From: a phage
Sequence record: PX969468.1
Direction: 5' to 3' (one strand)
DNA length: 64,000 bases
The notes below the pieces were generated by a model. The model saw nothing but the letters and a program-made list of their open reading frames with translations. It did not search any database and was not told the origin of the DNA. The translations under genes and the position numbers were made by a program. Shown here one piece after another: positions 63,357 through 64,000 of the stretch (position 1 is its first letter; each line of letters starts with the position of its first letter).

Positions 63357-63432
63357 TGTAAACTGTCAAGGTGTAAACTATCCAGGCGTAAACAGTCTAT
63401 GCGGGAACAATCTATACGTGAACAGTGAAACA
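63357..63432. repeat. Iteron array 2 (5 x about 15 bp, GTAAAC-N3-TC-like)
   Basis: GTGTAAACTGTCAAG, GTGTAAACTATCCAG, GCGTAAACAGTCTAT, GGGAACAATCTATAC, GTGAACAGTGAAACA. Confidence 0.7.
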
Positions 63433-63453
63433 TGAAATAATAACAGTCGTTAT

Positions 63454-63545
63454 TGTGTCGAAAGTGTATAAAGTGTCAGATTATGGCATATTGTGTGACA
63501 TTGTGTCAAAGGTAAAAGTGTCAAAAGTGGCAAAAGTGTCAGACA
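63454..63545. repeat. Iteron array 3 (about 8 x 10 bp, AAGTGTCA-like)
   Basis: TTGTGTCGAA, AAGTGTATAA, AAGTGTCAGA, TTGTGTGACA, TTGTGTCAAA, AAGTGTCAAA, AAGTGGCAAA, AAGTGTCAGA at about 10-bp period. Confidence 0.7.
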
Positions 63546-64000
63546 AGTTTTTCTCCTCTTTGTCAAGTGCTGCATGAAAAATTTACAAACTGGTATGGTA
63601 GCATTTTTGCGGCCCTGTTTACATTCAGGAGTGTATGTATAACCCTTGTTGTGTGGGCGTTTAGACGTCTGGACGGTCAGAAGTCCGCAGGTTAATATCT
63701 AATCTATTGGTCGCTAACTATATCCCCCACAAATAATAAGAAATGCAATTGTTATGTGCGTAAACAGTGACTCATGTTATCAATCCCTGTATGTATCGCC
63801 AGTGGTGCGCATAATGGGTATTATGTTAAATTGCCCGTAATGATAACTATTCTCACAATGATAGGTATTCTCATTCAACCCCGCAAAACAGGTTGCAAAT
63901 GTTGTGCCACTGTGTGAACGGCCTCACCTATTAATCTGCCTCACTGCCCCGATATTTGAGAATTGTTATAAGAATGAGAAGTATTCCCATTTCGTCCGCC

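Noticed and set aside
63257-63545. Tandem repeat arrays as a CRISPR array
   Set aside because: Units are 10-15 bp, imperfect and contiguous without unique spacers of 26-40 bp; no cas genes; context is a phage non-coding region.
1-64000. tRNA or other canonical RNA genes
   Set aside because: Intergenic regions over 150 bp (40836-41102, 50628-51675, 62407-64000) were inspected by eye for T-loop GTTCRA-type motifs with acceptor-stem pairing; none seen. A covariance-model search was not possible, so small RNAs cannot be excluded.
1-64000. Prophage or integrated element interpretation
   Set aside because: No integrase, excisionase, CI-type repressor, att-like flanking host genes or tRNA target; gene content and promoter organisation fit a virulent phage.

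Overview
This window reads as a 64-kb slice of a large virulent tailed dsDNA phage genome. No integrase, repressor or host housekeeping genes are visible, and promoters match the E. coli-type sigma70 consensus (TTGACA-N16-18-TATAAT-like), suggesting a Gram-negative enteric-like host. All functional calls are from motif recognition by eye; no database search or computation was run. Layout: (i) 1-17.8 kb, + strand: distal end of the virion structural module, with the 3' part of a tail tip/fibre protein (truncated by the window), structural proteins, two paralogous P2 gpH-like tail-fibre genes (one followed by a Tfa-type chaperone), a 581-aa fibre and an 1875-aa Ig-domain tail protein. (ii) 17.9-24.6 kb, - strand: 14 genes including a HAD phosphatase, Cys-rich proteins, a vWA/metallopeptidase protein and an HNH-like protein. 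(iii) 24.7-50.6 kb, + strand: DNA metabolism/replication module with MoxR-type AAA+ ATPase, secreted SleB-like wall hydrolase, rIIA, rIIB, Dda-like helicase, C5-methyltransferase-like protein, primase-helicase, family A DNA polymerase, SSB-like protein, macro-domain protein, HNH endonucleases and two tandem paralog triplets. (iv) 50.6-51.6 kb: AT-rich non-coding region with short direct repeats. (v) 51.7-62.4 kb: about 30 small genes, most with their own strong promoter, recurring GC-rich 5'-leader hairpins, and three copies of a promoter embedded in a palindrome; this block is bracketed by a 25-bp inverted repeat. (vi) 62.4-64.0 kb: gene-free region packed with three iteron arrays and nested inverted repeats. 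Capsid, portal and terminase genes are not in the window. The most likely undescribed system here is the regulatory architecture of block (v) and the repeat region (vi); the macro-domain and AAA+/vWA genes are the best candidate counter-defence functions.
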